Notes under the pieces: generated by a model
Told to the model about the DNA's origin: nothing
Databases searched by the model: none
Seen by the model: only the letters and a program-made list of their open reading frames with translations
Source of the DNA: Escherichia phage BP9
Length of the DNA: 64,000 bases
Sequence record: PP488543.1
Reading direction: 5' to 3' (one strand)
Position numbers and translations under genes: made by a program
Shown: positions 9,570 to 19,188 of the stretch, one piece after another
How positions within the stretch are numbered: the first letter of the stretch is position 1
Layout of the letters: every line of letters starts with the position of its first letter

Positions 9570-10946
9570 ATGCCATATTTAGATAAGGTGGTAGATGTTA
9601 CAGTTAACCTCGGAACCCAGCCTATTGACACTGTAGGTTTCGAAACTCCCCTGTTCATCGCTATCCACAACAACTTTACTGAGCGAGCTCGCGTATATGC
9701 GGAGCTGGATCAGATGGTGGAAGATGGTTTCGCACAAGGCTCTGCAGCGTATGAGTTTGCAGCAAAAGCTTTTGGTGGTGTATTCCCTCCACAATACGTT
9801 ATGATCGGCAGACAGGCCAAAGAAAAGACCACTGTAGATTTTAAAGGTATTGCTGCCGCAGCTGATACCGATGTCGTAATGACTATTGCAAAAGGTAGCT
9901 ACAATACTTCTTTGATAGTGCCTATCTCTGGTGGAACAGGTGCAACTCAGATTGCAGAGTCAATGAAGACTAAAATTGAAGCAGATGATAGCTTGAACGA
10001 TATCACTGTAGAGGCTGCTGAAGGTGTTCTCACCATCACTGGTAACTGCACTGTTGGTTATCATACTGGTAACTACACAATCAAAAATATCGCCAATGCT
10101 GAAAAACCTTCTACAGTAGTTGATAAGATCAATGCTGAGCGTGACAATTGGTACTTCCTGTGCCATGAAGACCACACCGACATTGAAGCATGTGCCAAGT
10201 GGGCTCAGGCTAACTATAAGCTGCATGTCTACTCTACTGCAGAAGATGTGACTGGCAAAGATAATAACATCGCCACCAAACTGATGGCTGCACAGTATGA
10301 CAGTGTCGGCATGTACGATCCTCGTGCTGATAAAGATTTTCCAGAGGGTGGTATCGTAGGCGCTATGGCATCCAACGATCCGTCTTACGGTGACAGCTTG
10401 CACTTAAAACAGATGCCGGGTGTGATTGCACCATCTCTGACTTTAACTCAGCGCATGGCGATTTGGGAAAACCACGTTAACTTCTATAGAATGATTAACG
10501 GTGTTGGTGCTTTCTGGGAAGGTAAGTGTGCTTCAGGTCAGTATGCAGACGCTATTCGTTTTGCACACTGGATCAAGTTCAGATCTGAAGAATCTATGTT
10601 TGGGTACATGCATCGCCGCTCCAACATGGGTTTAAGCATGAAGATGTCTGATGATGATCTTCCGGTTATCAAGTCTGTCTTGATGAACAACCCAATCAAC
10701 ACTGGCATTAAGAATGGTGCGATCCTGACAGGTTTCGACGAAGACAATAATGTATTCTACGACCCGATCATTACAGTTCCTAAACGTGCAGAAATCCCAA
10801 CTAATCAGTTGGCTGCTCGTGTTCTGGAAGGTGTGAAAGTAGAACTGGTGTATAACAACGCCCTGCACTTCGTTCGTATCCGGATCAACGTCCTTCTGGA
10901 CAAAGTTGGTTCTAAATCCACCAATGCTGTTGCAATGACTGAATAA
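9570..10946 (+). CDS. putative tail sheath protein (alternatively major tail protein)
   Basis: 458 aa; gene order large protein, 157-aa protein, chaperone pair, tape measure; baseplate genes downstream support a contractile tail. Confidence 0.5.
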   Translation: MPYLDKVVDVTVNLGTQPIDTVGFETPLFIAIHNNFTERARVYAELDQMVEDGFAQGSAAYEFAAKAFGGVFPPQYVMIGRQAKEKTTVDFKGIAAAADTDVVMTIAKGSYNTSLIVPISGGTGATQIAESMKTKIEADDSLNDITVEAAEGVLTITGNCTVGYHTGNYTIKNIANAEKPSTVVDKINAERDNWYFLCHEDHTDIEACAKWAQANYKLHVYSTAEDVTGKDNNIATKLMAAQYDSVGMYDPRADKDFPEGGIVGAMASNDPSYGDSLHLKQMPGVIAPSLTLTQRMAIWENHVNFYRMINGVGAFWEGKCASGQYADAIRFAHWIKFRSEESMFGYMHRRSNMGLSMKMSDDDLPVIKSVLMNNPINTGIKNGAILTGFDEDNNVFYDPIITVPKRAEIPTNQLAARVLEGVKVELVYNNALHFVRIRINVLLDKVGSKSTNAVAMTE

Positions 10947-10956
10947 GGAAGCCTAG

Positions 10957-11430
10957 ATGGAAACTCAAATTTTAACTCCTTATGCGTATGACCCTAAAAA
11001 GGTCAAACTGTATCTGATGCAGCAGCGTGTCACTGGCTTCGCTGCTGACACCAAGATTGTTGTTTCAAGAAACGAAGACAACATTTATCCTCACGTTGGT
11101 GTGGATGGTGAAATGTCTGCGGCTCTGTCCCGTAACCAATCTGGTGTTATGACTGTATCTTTGCAGAACACTTCTGTATGGAACGCTTACCTTTCTGACT
11201 GGCAGAAACAGGCATCGATCACTGGCCTGGTATTCTTCCCGGTTCTGCTGGAAGGTAGCCAGGGCCCCGGTATTTCCACAATCGGTTGGATCCAGAAACA
11301 GCCTGACCTGACTTACGGAACCGAAGTAGGTCAACTGGACTGGGATATCGGTATTCTGGATGCATGGCTCAACCGTGACAACATCACTGGTGCTCTCACT
11401 GGCCTCGCAGGTCTTGCAGGTATTATCTAA
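10957..11430 (+). CDS. putative tail tube protein
   Basis: 157 aa directly after sheath candidate. Confidence 0.45.
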   Translation: METQILTPYAYDPKKVKLYLMQQRVTGFAADTKIVVSRNEDNIYPHVGVDGEMSAALSRNQSGVMTVSLQNTSVWNAYLSDWQKQASITGLVFFPVLLEGSQGPGISTIGWIQKQPDLTYGTEVGQLDWDIGILDAWLNRDNITGALTGLAGLAGII

Positions 11431-11448
11431 GGGCACACTTTAGCATAG

Positions 11449-11478
11449 GCCTCACCTTCGGGTGGGGCTTTTTGCTTT
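11449..11478 (+). terminator. intrinsic terminator
   Basis: GCCTCACC-TTCG-GGTGGGGC then TTTTTGCTTTT. Confidence 0.75.
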
Positions 11479-11520
11479 TATGGTTTTGACACACGTTCTT
11501 GAATTGCTTGAAAGGTTAAA

Positions 11521-11549
11521 TTGACAATGCACCATAATCATGGTAAAAT
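11521..11549 (+). promoter_or_regulatory. sigma70-type promoter (TTGACA, 17 bp, TAAAAT) with flanking inverted repeat
   Basis: -35 TTGACA 11521-11526; -10 TAAAAT 11544-11549; 9-bp inverted repeat TGCACCATA (11528-11536) / TATGGTGCA (11557-11565) brackets the -10. Confidence 0.65.
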
Positions 11550-11592
11550 ACACAAATATGGTGCACAACATGACTAATAAGGATGCTATAAA

Positions 11593-12066
11593 ATGGCTAT
11601 AAACTTTAGACCTACAACAGAGATTGATTTAGCAGGGCACAACTTTGTGATCACCCACTGGGGACCGATGAAAGCAATGAAAAATATGCCTAAAATCGGT
11701 AAGATTGTGGCTGTCCCGCTAGGTGCTATCGGTGGATCTATTATCTCAGGTGGTCAGAATATGGCAGAGGTCCTTCCTACTGCTCTGGCTTACCTGTTCC
11801 AAGAACTTGATGATAACTCTATTGAAGAGTTATTTAAAATTTTGTTCGAAGATATTACCGTAGATGGTGTGGATAAGCTTAACCCGGATGTTGTGTTTGC
11901 AGGGCATCTGCTGGAGATGATTAAGCTGGCAGGTAAGGTTCTGGAGGTTAACTACGGCTGTTTTTTCACACAAGACGGTTTAGGAAGCCTTCTGGAGATG
12001 TTACAGCAGATGGGTATGATTCAGCAGGTGAACAACCTGGATCAGACTCCGGAAGAGCAGGAATAA
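11593..12066 (+). CDS. tail assembly chaperone (G-like)
   Basis: 157 aa between tube and tape measure; contains slippery heptamer; acidic C-terminus. Confidence 0.6.
   Translation: MAINFRPTTEIDLAGHNFVITHWGPMKAMKNMPKIGKIVAVPLGAIGGSIISGGQNMAEVLPTALAYLFQELDDNSIEELFKILFEDITVDGVDKLNPDVVFAGHLLEMIKLAGKVLEVNYGCFFTQDGLGSLLEMLQQMGMIQQVNNLDQTPEEQE
11961..11967 (+). promoter_or_regulatory. -1 programmed ribosomal frameshift slippery site T_TTT_TTC
   Basis: Heptamer in zero frame of chaperone gene; -1 frame is open from 11952 to 12326. Confidence 0.5.
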
Positions 12067-12077
12067 GCAAGGTTGTT

Positions 12078-12326
12078 GTGAGGGCCAGTGAGTGGGCAGC
12101 CAAGAACAGTTCACTAAACTGGTTCGACTTTCTTTGGTGCAGGGTGCTCAAGAATTTCAAAGGGGAAAATTTTGAATCGCTAAATCTTGCAGATATGGCG
12201 TATTTCCTGAAGCTCTGTGAGTATCTTGATATCGAAGAATTCCTAGATACCGTCCAAAACAGGGAAATGGAGCGGGAGCAGAAGGCTGCCGCAGCTGCTG
12301 CGAAAGCTAAGCGCAGGAGAGGATAA
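12078..12326 (+). CDS. frameshift extension ORF of tail assembly chaperone (GT-like product)
   Basis: ORF in -1 frame relative to chaperone, open from 11952; basic Ala/Lys-rich C-terminus. Confidence 0.5.
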   Translation: MRASEWAAKNSSLNWFDFLWCRVLKNFKGENFESLNLADMAYFLKLCEYLDIEEFLDTVQNREMEREQKAAAAAAKAKRRRG

Positions 12327-12330
12327 TCTA

Positions 12331-12368
12331 AGGGCCGGATTCCTTTTCTGGGATCTGGCCCTTTTTAT
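12331..12368 (+). terminator. intrinsic terminator
   Basis: AGGGCCGGATTCC-TTTTCT-GGGATCTGGCCCT imperfect hairpin then TTTTTATT. Confidence 0.55.
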
Positions 12369-12380
12369 TATGAGGAAACC

Positions 12381-14717
12381 ATGGCTACAAACAAAATAGT
12401 TGCCACAACAGTCAACAAGATTGGCTTTGAGATAGAGAACTCCTCCTACAAAAAAGCTGTAGAGAAAATTCGCAGTATTGGGAGGGAGTTCAGGAAACTG
12501 GGCGAAGATTTTAACTCAGCCAACCCCATGAGTAGATGGCAGGCGGTAGCTGTTAAAACCCAGCAGACAATGCAGCGGGTTGCCAGACAGCAATCTCAGG
12601 CAAATGCTAAGCTGCACAGGGAGAGCGTAGCACAGGCCAAGAAAGAGGCTGCAGTAAGGGCTGCAATAGAACGTAGGGAGAATGCGAGACGTAAACAAGC
12701 TGTAGGTAATCTTACCGCTAAAAATCCAGAAATGGCTAGGATGCGTAAGTTCTACCAGCAGCAAGCTAAAGAGGCCAAAAAGGCTGCCAAATCTGCACCA
12801 GTGTCTTACGGTGGTTATAAGGCACCTAAGGCAAGAGTTCTTGCTAACGCCAAGTCTTTCAGATATATTCCAGGCAACCCGAACATGGGTGGGGTGGCTT
12901 CAGATCCTAATCTTGTTAAAGCCCAGACCGCTGCCATGAACCGTTATCACAGACAGCTAAGAAGGGACGGTAAAGCTGGTATGGATAATAGGCTTATGTC
13001 GGATCGTGAGGCAAGAAGAACCCACCTCTACAACTCCGCGATAAGACTTTCTGCCAAGTATGGTGCCGGATTCCGTGGAAGCTTGCCAGGATACTCAGAG
13101 TTAGAGTCCAGGTTTGCTCGCGGGGAGATGAAAAAGTCAACATTTAACGCCCACTTGTCAGCGCTGCAGTCTGGATTTAAAAGCGCCACCAGCCAAACGC
13201 TTACACTAGGCGATGCCATGAGAGACTTACGTAGATCTGTTATTAATGCAACAGCTGCGTATACAGCTTTTTCTGGATTTGCTGCGGTTAACAGATCCGG
13301 TCACATGATGGAGGGGGCAAGTGCTGCTCTTACTGCTGTTACTGGAGATCCAAACAAAGCCAACAGTGAGGTTGCGTTTGTCCAGCAAGAGGCTATGCGT
13401 CTTGGTTTTGATCTCAAATCTGGTCTTCAAGGTTACGCCCAGATGTCGGTAAACGCCAAAAACCAGATGACAAATCAGGAAGTGCATGAGCTGTTTTCTG
13501 CATACTCCCAGTATGCTGCTGCTTATGGTGCTGATGAGGTAAAATATCAGCGCGGTATCATGGCAATCCAGCAGATGCTTGGCAAGGGACAAGTAATGTC
13601 CGAGGAACTGAAGCAACAGCTTGCTGAAGCATTACCTGGTGCATACGAACCTTTTATCAAGGCCACCAAAGAGGCTTTTGGTCTTTCTGAACTCTCCATG
13701 GATCAGTTCATGGACATGATGAAGAAAGGTGAGGTTAAAACAGCCAAGATCATGAAGTATGTGGCTAAGTACATGAACGAGGCATCTGCAGCTGGTTATG
13801 AAAGAATGCAGAAGTCTAACGTGCTGGCAGAAAACAGACTGAAAACCTTCATTGAACTGACTCGTCAGAAACTGTTCACCCGTTGGTCTGACGAACTAAC
13901 AGAGTTCTATTATACACTAATCCGCACTGGTGAGACTCTGCAATTTGTGTGGGATGCCTCTGGTGATTTTGTTAGCGGGTTTGTGAGAGGCCTTAACTGG
14001 GTAGTTGGTGAACTAAACAACACTATAGTCAAGATCCGCATGTTTTTCCTTGAATGGGGGATTAAATGGGGATTCATAACAGCTAAGACGAAGGAATATT
14101 CTGAAGAGCTTCATGACACCTTTAGCTATGCTAGATGGGCAGGGTTTGCTGCTGCCATCATGCTGGTAGTCAACGCCCTAACAAAAGGTTTTGTCATGGC
14201 ATCCATGCTTGTAAAAACCTTTAAATTCCTTAACTCTTTAAGAGGTGCAGCTGGAGCAGCTGGTGTCGCTACTGCAGAAGGATCTGGTGGTGGAGCTCCG
14301 GCAGGAAAAGGTGGAGGTGGCCTCAAGACACCTGGTGGCAAAGTTGGTCTGCTTGGTAAGCTGGGTATTATCGGTACAATATTAAGCGCAGGGGAATTAT
14401 TTAATGACCGTTTCAACCCACTAAGTGAAAGAAATCAGCAGCTGGACACTATCAGCGATATGATTCGCAAAGATATCATATCAGGAGGTAACGGGTTTGT
14501 TAATCCTTTGGACACCTTACCGGGCGGGACTCTTCCGTTGCCAGGTGGCCCCGGTTTTGCTTCTCAATTAAGAACTATGGAAATGCTACCTTTAGAGATC
14601 AGTGATGGGAAAATCACGATTTCAATAGATGAGGGTGAGTTTAACAAAATATTTGATGCAAAACTTGAGTGGGAGAACAATAAAGATATCAACTTCATGT
14701 CTACCGACCTTTGGTAA
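12381..14717 (+). CDS. tail tape measure protein
   Basis: 778 aa; helical repeats, Gly-rich hydrophobic segment (GGGAPAGKGGGGLK...GIIGTILSAG); follows chaperone pair. Confidence 0.8.
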   Translation: MATNKIVATTVNKIGFEIENSSYKKAVEKIRSIGREFRKLGEDFNSANPMSRWQAVAVKTQQTMQRVARQQSQANAKLHRESVAQAKKEAAVRAAIERRENARRKQAVGNLTAKNPEMARMRKFYQQQAKEAKKAAKSAPVSYGGYKAPKARVLANAKSFRYIPGNPNMGGVASDPNLVKAQTAAMNRYHRQLRRDGKAGMDNRLMSDREARRTHLYNSAIRLSAKYGAGFRGSLPGYSELESRFARGEMKKSTFNAHLSALQSGFKSATSQTLTLGDAMRDLRRSVINATAAYTAFSGFAAVNRSGHMMEGASAALTAVTGDPNKANSEVAFVQQEAMRLGFDLKSGLQGYAQMSVNAKNQMTNQEVHELFSAYSQYAAAYGADEVKYQRGIMAIQQMLGKGQVMSEELKQQLAEALPGAYEPFIKATKEAFGLSELSMDQFMDMMKKGEVKTAKIMKYVAKYMNEASAAGYERMQKSNVLAENRLKTFIELTRQKLFTRWSDELTEFYYTLIRTGETLQFVWDASGDFVSGFVRGLNWVVGELNNTIVKIRMFFLEWGIKWGFITAKTKEYSEELHDTFSYARWAGFAAAIMLVVNALTKGFVMASMLVKTFKFLNSLRGAAGAAGVATAEGSGGGAPAGKGGGGLKTPGGKVGLLGKLGIIGTILSAGELFNDRFNPLSERNQQLDTISDMIRKDIISGGNGFVNPLDTLPGGTLPLPGGPGFASQLRTMEMLPLEISDGKITISIDEGEFNKIFDAKLEWENNKDINFMSTDLW

Positions 14718-14727
14718 TAAACTGTGC

Positions 14728-14755
14728 AGGGGGCTCCGGCCCCCTTTATTTTATC
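14728..14755 (+). terminator. intrinsic terminator
   Basis: GGGGGC-TCCG-GCCCCC then TTTATTTT. Confidence 0.8.
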
Positions 14756-14759
14756 GGTG

Positions 14760-14788
14760 TTGTAAAAACAGCTATTTTATGATACAAT
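14760..14788 (+). promoter_or_regulatory. sigma70-type promoter (TTGTAA, 17 bp, TACAAT with TG extension)
   Basis: -35 14760-14765, -10 14783-14788 preceded by TGA; palindrome ATCTAGAT 14789-14796. Confidence 0.5.
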
Positions 14789-14821
14789 ATCTAGATGGTA
14801 TCGGAGTGTCCTGGAGAGGTT

Positions 14822-15706
14822 ATGCCAAGCAATATAGTTGATGAAAAAGACCTGTACAAGCCTCAAGAGGTTAAATCTCCAAAGGCTGAAAAGGCAGAGC
14901 AGCAAACTGAAAGCGATGTAAAGTACACTATGTTTGTCAGCGGTCTTAACTATGGTGGTCGCAATACGGAGATGAAGGGTAAAAACTTTACTAACGATCT
15001 TGCCATTATCTTCGACCAGGTTGAGAACTATTCTTTCAAACATTCTGTTGATAAGACTGATTTTGCAGTGGAAGATAAATCTACCCTGTCAGACCACGCT
15101 GTAATTAAAGATGGTGTATTTTCTTTTACTGGTAGGGTAAATACATCACCACATATAATCTATGAGCAAAACTACATTGACAGGAATACTGACTCTAAAA
15201 ACCCTGCAGCATCTATGCGACCGGGCGCTGCACTGGAGGCTTTGACTGAAATCATTAATAAGCGCCAATTGGTTTCTTTGGTTACCGAGGAAAGACTCCT
15301 TGAGAACTACATTATAACCAGCCTTTCTGCCAGCAAGTCTGTTGGCGAAGGTGCTGCAATGGTTTTTGATGTAGAGCTTACAGAGTTCCGCACATTCTAC
15401 TTGAACAAGGTTGTTAATGCAACTGTATACAGCAATCCTAAGAAAGTAGGCAAGACCCAACAAAAAGGTGCTGTCAACGACTGTAAGAATGGTAGTAACG
15501 TAGGTAACAAGAGGGACACAGGAGCATTCGCAGACACTGCATCCACAAACGCTGCAGAGGAGTGGCAGCCATACAAATCTATGATGTGGACAGATGAAAA
15601 CGGTGTTACCCAATCGGCTGCGGATTGGTATTATCAGGAATATGGAAGACCTTCTACCATAGTCCCATCTGAGCAGGGAAACTACAACAAAGTTAACGGG
15701 AAATAA
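14822..15706 (+). CDS. hypothetical tail/baseplate protein
   Basis: ATG 14822 with SD GGAGAGG (track start 14795); first gene after tape measure. Confidence 0.4.
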   Translation: MPSNIVDEKDLYKPQEVKSPKAEKAEQQTESDVKYTMFVSGLNYGGRNTEMKGKNFTNDLAIIFDQVENYSFKHSVDKTDFAVEDKSTLSDHAVIKDGVFSFTGRVNTSPHIIYEQNYIDRNTDSKNPAASMRPGAALEALTEIINKRQLVSLVTEERLLENYIITSLSASKSVGEGAAMVFDVELTEFRTFYLNKVVNATVYSNPKKVGKTQQKGAVNDCKNGSNVGNKRDTGAFADTASTNAAEEWQPYKSMMWTDENGVTQSAADWYYQEYGRPSTIVPSEQGNYNKVNGK

Positions 15707-15718
15707 GGGGAGCGTATA

Positions 15719-16099
15719 ATGGAGCTTAAAGATTGGTGCATAATCACCTTTGTGTGGGACATTGACGGCTTTCCTGATCAAACCATGCGTGTTGTTTTAG
15801 ACAACGAAACGTATGAAATGCGTATGCAATGGAATGAGAGGGATGAGTCTTGGTGGTTATCTCTTGGTCCAGTAGGTGACAGCCCTTTAGTAACCAGAAA
15901 AGTAACAGCTTGTCAAGATATCTTAGACGGACTGCATTATAGAGACGATTTACCGAAAGGTAGATTGATGGCACTGTCGTTTAAAGATGATCAATATTGG
16001 GGCAGGGTTGGAAGATACAACCTTGGAGCAAGATCCGAGCTACAACTTGTATACGGCACTCCAGTTGATCTTTACAAGGAACAGCAAGGGTTAGAATAA
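15719..16099 (+). CDS. hypothetical baseplate protein
   Basis: 126 aa; SD GGGGAG; TAATG coupling downstream. Confidence 0.35.
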   Translation: MELKDWCIITFVWDIDGFPDQTMRVVLDNETYEMRMQWNERDESWWLSLGPVGDSPLVTRKVTACQDILDGLHYRDDLPKGRLMALSFKDDQYWGRVGRYNLGARSELQLVYGTPVDLYKEQQGLE

Positions 16100-17103
16100 T
16101 GGCAGAGTACAGACGTAGAACATGGCGATTATTGTTTGGTCGTCCTGTAGAACATGGCGGTAAATCAAAAACCAATATCCCAAAATCTGTTGAAAAGAAA
16201 GGGGAGAGTGATTCCGGAGTTTATGAAGTTAGCTCAGACACTGGTGCTGCCAATATAGAGTTTGACATACAAAAGGACAATACCAAAGAGCCAAACAAAG
16301 GTTATGTGACAGTTTACAACCTGTCCGACGATACAGTTAACTATCTGGATATGCATCAGGCTGATGCTCTTGCAGTTATGTTTGAAGCTGGCTATGATAA
16401 TGAGAACCAGTTGATATTCTCCGGAACTGTGGAGTTTGTTGAAGACAGATGGGAAGGTCCTACCAGAAAAACTAAGTTCATCTTTGGGGATGGCACTGAG
16501 AACATCATTAAGTGCCAAAGCACAAGATCTTATCAGAAAGGCACACCTCTGAACTCTGTGCTTAATGACTTACTGAAGGATATGAACTTGCCAAAAGGTA
16601 GGGTTGTTGGTTTTGGAAACCAGACTTTGCAATACTCTATGGCTTTCTCTGGAAACACTGCAGAGAACCTCCGCAGGTTTGCAAGGCTGACCAACTCAAC
16701 ATTTAGCGTTCAGGATGGGGCTTTGTATTGGACCAAGGTTGGAAAAAGGTTCAAAGACTCTGTGTTTGAAATAAGCGCAGAGTCTGGGATGCACGGATCT
16801 CCTACCCCTAAAAACCCAGAACCTGCTAAAAAACGAAAAGCTAAAGCTGCTGCCAAAGGTGGTTCGACATCTAAAAAGAAAAAGAAAAACCCGAGAGAGG
16901 ATGTTGGCCTTACTGTAACCACATGCCTTAACGGAGCTATCCTCCCAGAGTCCACTATTTATCTTAAAAGCAAGCAATATACAGGCTTCTATAAGGTGAT
17001 CACGGTGCATCATAAGGGCACCATAGAAGGTGGTGATTACACTACAGAGCTTGGCCTTGGGGAAACAGTGGGTGGAGTTGTTGACAAAACTGAGGAGGTA
17101 TAA
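16099..17103 (+). CDS. putative baseplate hub protein (XkdQ / gpD-like)
   Basis: 334 aa; position after tape measure; Lys-rich internal segment; resembles hub-type proteins. Confidence 0.4.
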   Translation: MAEYRRRTWRLLFGRPVEHGGKSKTNIPKSVEKKGESDSGVYEVSSDTGAANIEFDIQKDNTKEPNKGYVTVYNLSDDTVNYLDMHQADALAVMFEAGYDNENQLIFSGTVEFVEDRWEGPTRKTKFIFGDGTENIIKCQSTRSYQKGTPLNSVLNDLLKDMNLPKGRVVGFGNQTLQYSMAFSGNTAENLRRFARLTNSTFSVQDGALYWTKVGKRFKDSVFEISAESGMHGSPTPKNPEPAKKRKAKAAAKGGSTSKKKKKNPREDVGLTVTTCLNGAILPESTIYLKSKQYTGFYKVITVHHKGTIEGGDYTTELGLGETVGGVVDKTEEV

Positions 17104-17780
17104 TGGCAATAAATAGGAAAGATGCTGCTGTAAGATCCTTCATAGAAAAAATAATGAGGGACTACCACACCAGTATCAGGGCCAGAGTTGTCAGTGTAGA
17201 CTACAGTATCCCTTCTGCATCTGTGCAGCCAATAGCTGAAACCACGTTTGATGACGGAGATGTGGAGAGATACCCCCTTATCTATGACGTTCCAATTCAG
17301 GTGATGTCTGCAAACAGCGGAAAGGCAAGGTTAACACTTCCTATTAAGGCCGGAGATGTTGTAGGATTGCAGTTTTCAGAGAGGAATGAAAACAATAACG
17401 ACGATCAACAAACTCACGGCCTGTTTCCAGGGTGGGCAATCACCTCCGTTCATTCAGACTCAAACGCTTTACAGATCGATCCTGATAACGTAGAGTTATG
17501 GAATGATAGGGTTTATTTTAAACTGACACCTTCTGGCGATTTTGAGCTTCAGACACCGGGTGGAACATTACGGTGCGACAGCAGCGGGGAGTTTTCTTTC
17601 ACTAACGGTGCTGCCAATTTGCGAGCTGCTGTGGATGGAAATATCAGAATGAATGGTGCCACAATAGACCCATCTGGTAGAATTATAACTGCTGCTGGCG
17701 TGGATTTGGATTCATTCTATGCAGAATATAAAGGTCATACCCACTCTTGCCCTGATGGCGAGACAAGTGGACCGCACTAA
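17103..17780 (+). CDS. putative baseplate central spike (gpV-like)
   Basis: 225 aa; C-terminal GHTHSCPDGETSGPH His/Cys motif typical of spike tips. Confidence 0.4.
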   Translation: MAINRKDAAVRSFIEKIMRDYHTSIRARVVSVDYSIPSASVQPIAETTFDDGDVERYPLIYDVPIQVMSANSGKARLTLPIKAGDVVGLQFSERNENNNDDQQTHGLFPGWAITSVHSDSNALQIDPDNVELWNDRVYFKLTPSGDFELQTPGGTLRCDSSGEFSFTNGAANLRAAVDGNIRMNGATIDPSGRIITAAGVDLDSFYAEYKGHTHSCPDGETSGPH

Positions 17781-17792
17781 TAGAGGGCTTTC

Positions 17793-18509
17793 ATGGCTAC
17801 GCTTTATAGTGATATATTGATGGACCCACAGACAGGCGATTTGGCGATAGACAAAGGTCTTGAGTTGATAGATTCAAACCAGGTAAGTCTGCGCCAGCGC
17901 TTGTGGATGAGATTTAATACGTGGAAGGGGAGCTGGTACTTTGACGAGCTGTTTGGCTTCCCTTATATGGACTTTCTCAGCAAGAAGGTCATGAAGACTG
18001 TTCTTGATAACAAGATTATGGAAGTGGCAAGACAAGAGCCGGATGTGCTAAACATCATAAACTTCCAATCTACCATGGATAGAAGATCGAGAACATACCA
18101 AGCGTTCTTTGAGGTTGTTACCAAAGAGAACGAGATTGTAAGGCTGGCTTTTGTAGGTCTTGATCAGTTCACCTACCCACAGCCTGATTCTGGGACAACC
18201 TCCCTCTGTGATGATGAGGGTTGGATTAAGTGGGCTAATAAACTGTACTATCTGATCAACTTCAGATTGCCTAGAACCGGAGATGCCACATGGTGGAACC
18301 AGTATGCTGGTCCTGAGATGGAAAACCCGATCCCTGTAGGCTCTCTGTTGACTCAGGATAAAGATCTGCTGATGACTGAGGCAGAACAAACCATTAACCG
18401 CAATACCTGGACGCTTGCTCCAGATGAGCGCGAATACTCTGGTGTTATTGCTACCTCCAATGATGAGGCTATTGCCAACCAGTCTGGTCGTGCTATTGAT
18501 GTTAACTAA
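17793..18509 (+). CDS. putative baseplate wedge protein (gp25 / XkdS-like)
   Basis: 238 aa; N-terminal motif LRQRLWMRFNTWKGSWYFDELFGFPY resembles gp25/XkdS family. Confidence 0.4.
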   Translation: MATLYSDILMDPQTGDLAIDKGLELIDSNQVSLRQRLWMRFNTWKGSWYFDELFGFPYMDFLSKKVMKTVLDNKIMEVARQEPDVLNIINFQSTMDRRSRTYQAFFEVVTKENEIVRLAFVGLDQFTYPQPDSGTTSLCDDEGWIKWANKLYYLINFRLPRTGDATWWNQYAGPEMENPIPVGSLLTQDKDLLMTEAEQTINRNTWTLAPDEREYSGVIATSNDEAIANQSGRAIDVN

Positions 18510-18518
18510 GGAGAAATC

Positions 18519-19187
18519 ATGGCTGTAGCTTATCCTACAATACCAATTCCAGATCTTGAAGATGCAGAAACAGTCCTGAGTGATGACTTCTTGGTTGTCA
18601 ACCAGACTGATGGGACAAGAAAGGCTAAGATTGACGATGTTGTCAACGATCTTAGCATCACTAAGATAGTCTATTTCACAGAGGGTGGTTATCTTAAGAG
18701 CAAGAAGGACTTTGCTTATGATCCAGAAACTAAGCGCTACTACACGTGGAACGGGGATTATCCTAAAATAATCCTCCCAGACTCCACTGTAGAGGGTGCT
18801 GGGGGTGTGTCTGCAAATGCCTGGTCTGTTTTTGGTGAGCTTGCTGCAACTTCTTCTGGCAGAATAGTTGATTACGGATCTATCGGTGGTCAGCTTGATA
18901 TGGATCTTGAAGTTGCGGATACCTTTAAGGTTCGACTAACTTCAAATACCACAATCTCTTTTGAAAATCAAACAGAAGGTCTTGAAGGGGTGGCGAGAAC
19001 TATAACCGTATGCATTACTCAGACCTCTGGCGGCAACAAAGTCTATTGGCCAGGTAATGTTAAATGGTCCTACGGAAGAGATCCTATCCTAACATTTACA
19101 GCTGGTGCAACAGACATTTTCAAGTTGGAAACCTACGACAACGGGTTAACTTGGTACGGGGCACTGATTATCGCAGGAGCTATCTAA
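18519..19187 (+). CDS. fibre-anchor domain protein (paralog of N-terminus of the 1270-aa fibre)
   Basis: N-terminus DDFLVVNQTDGTRKAKIDDVV...KDFAY parallels DDYLVVQQPDLTRRVKIGDVV...MDFAY of ORF 21823. Confidence 0.55.
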   Translation: MAVAYPTIPIPDLEDAETVLSDDFLVVNQTDGTRKAKIDDVVNDLSITKIVYFTEGGYLKSKKDFAYDPETKRYYTWNGDYPKIILPDSTVEGAGGVSANAWSVFGELAATSSGRIVDYGSIGGQLDMDLEVADTFKVRLTSNTTISFENQTEGLEGVARTITVCITQTSGGNKVYWPGNVKWSYGRDPILTFTAGATDIFKLETYDNGLTWYGALIIAGAI

Positions 19188-19188
19188 G

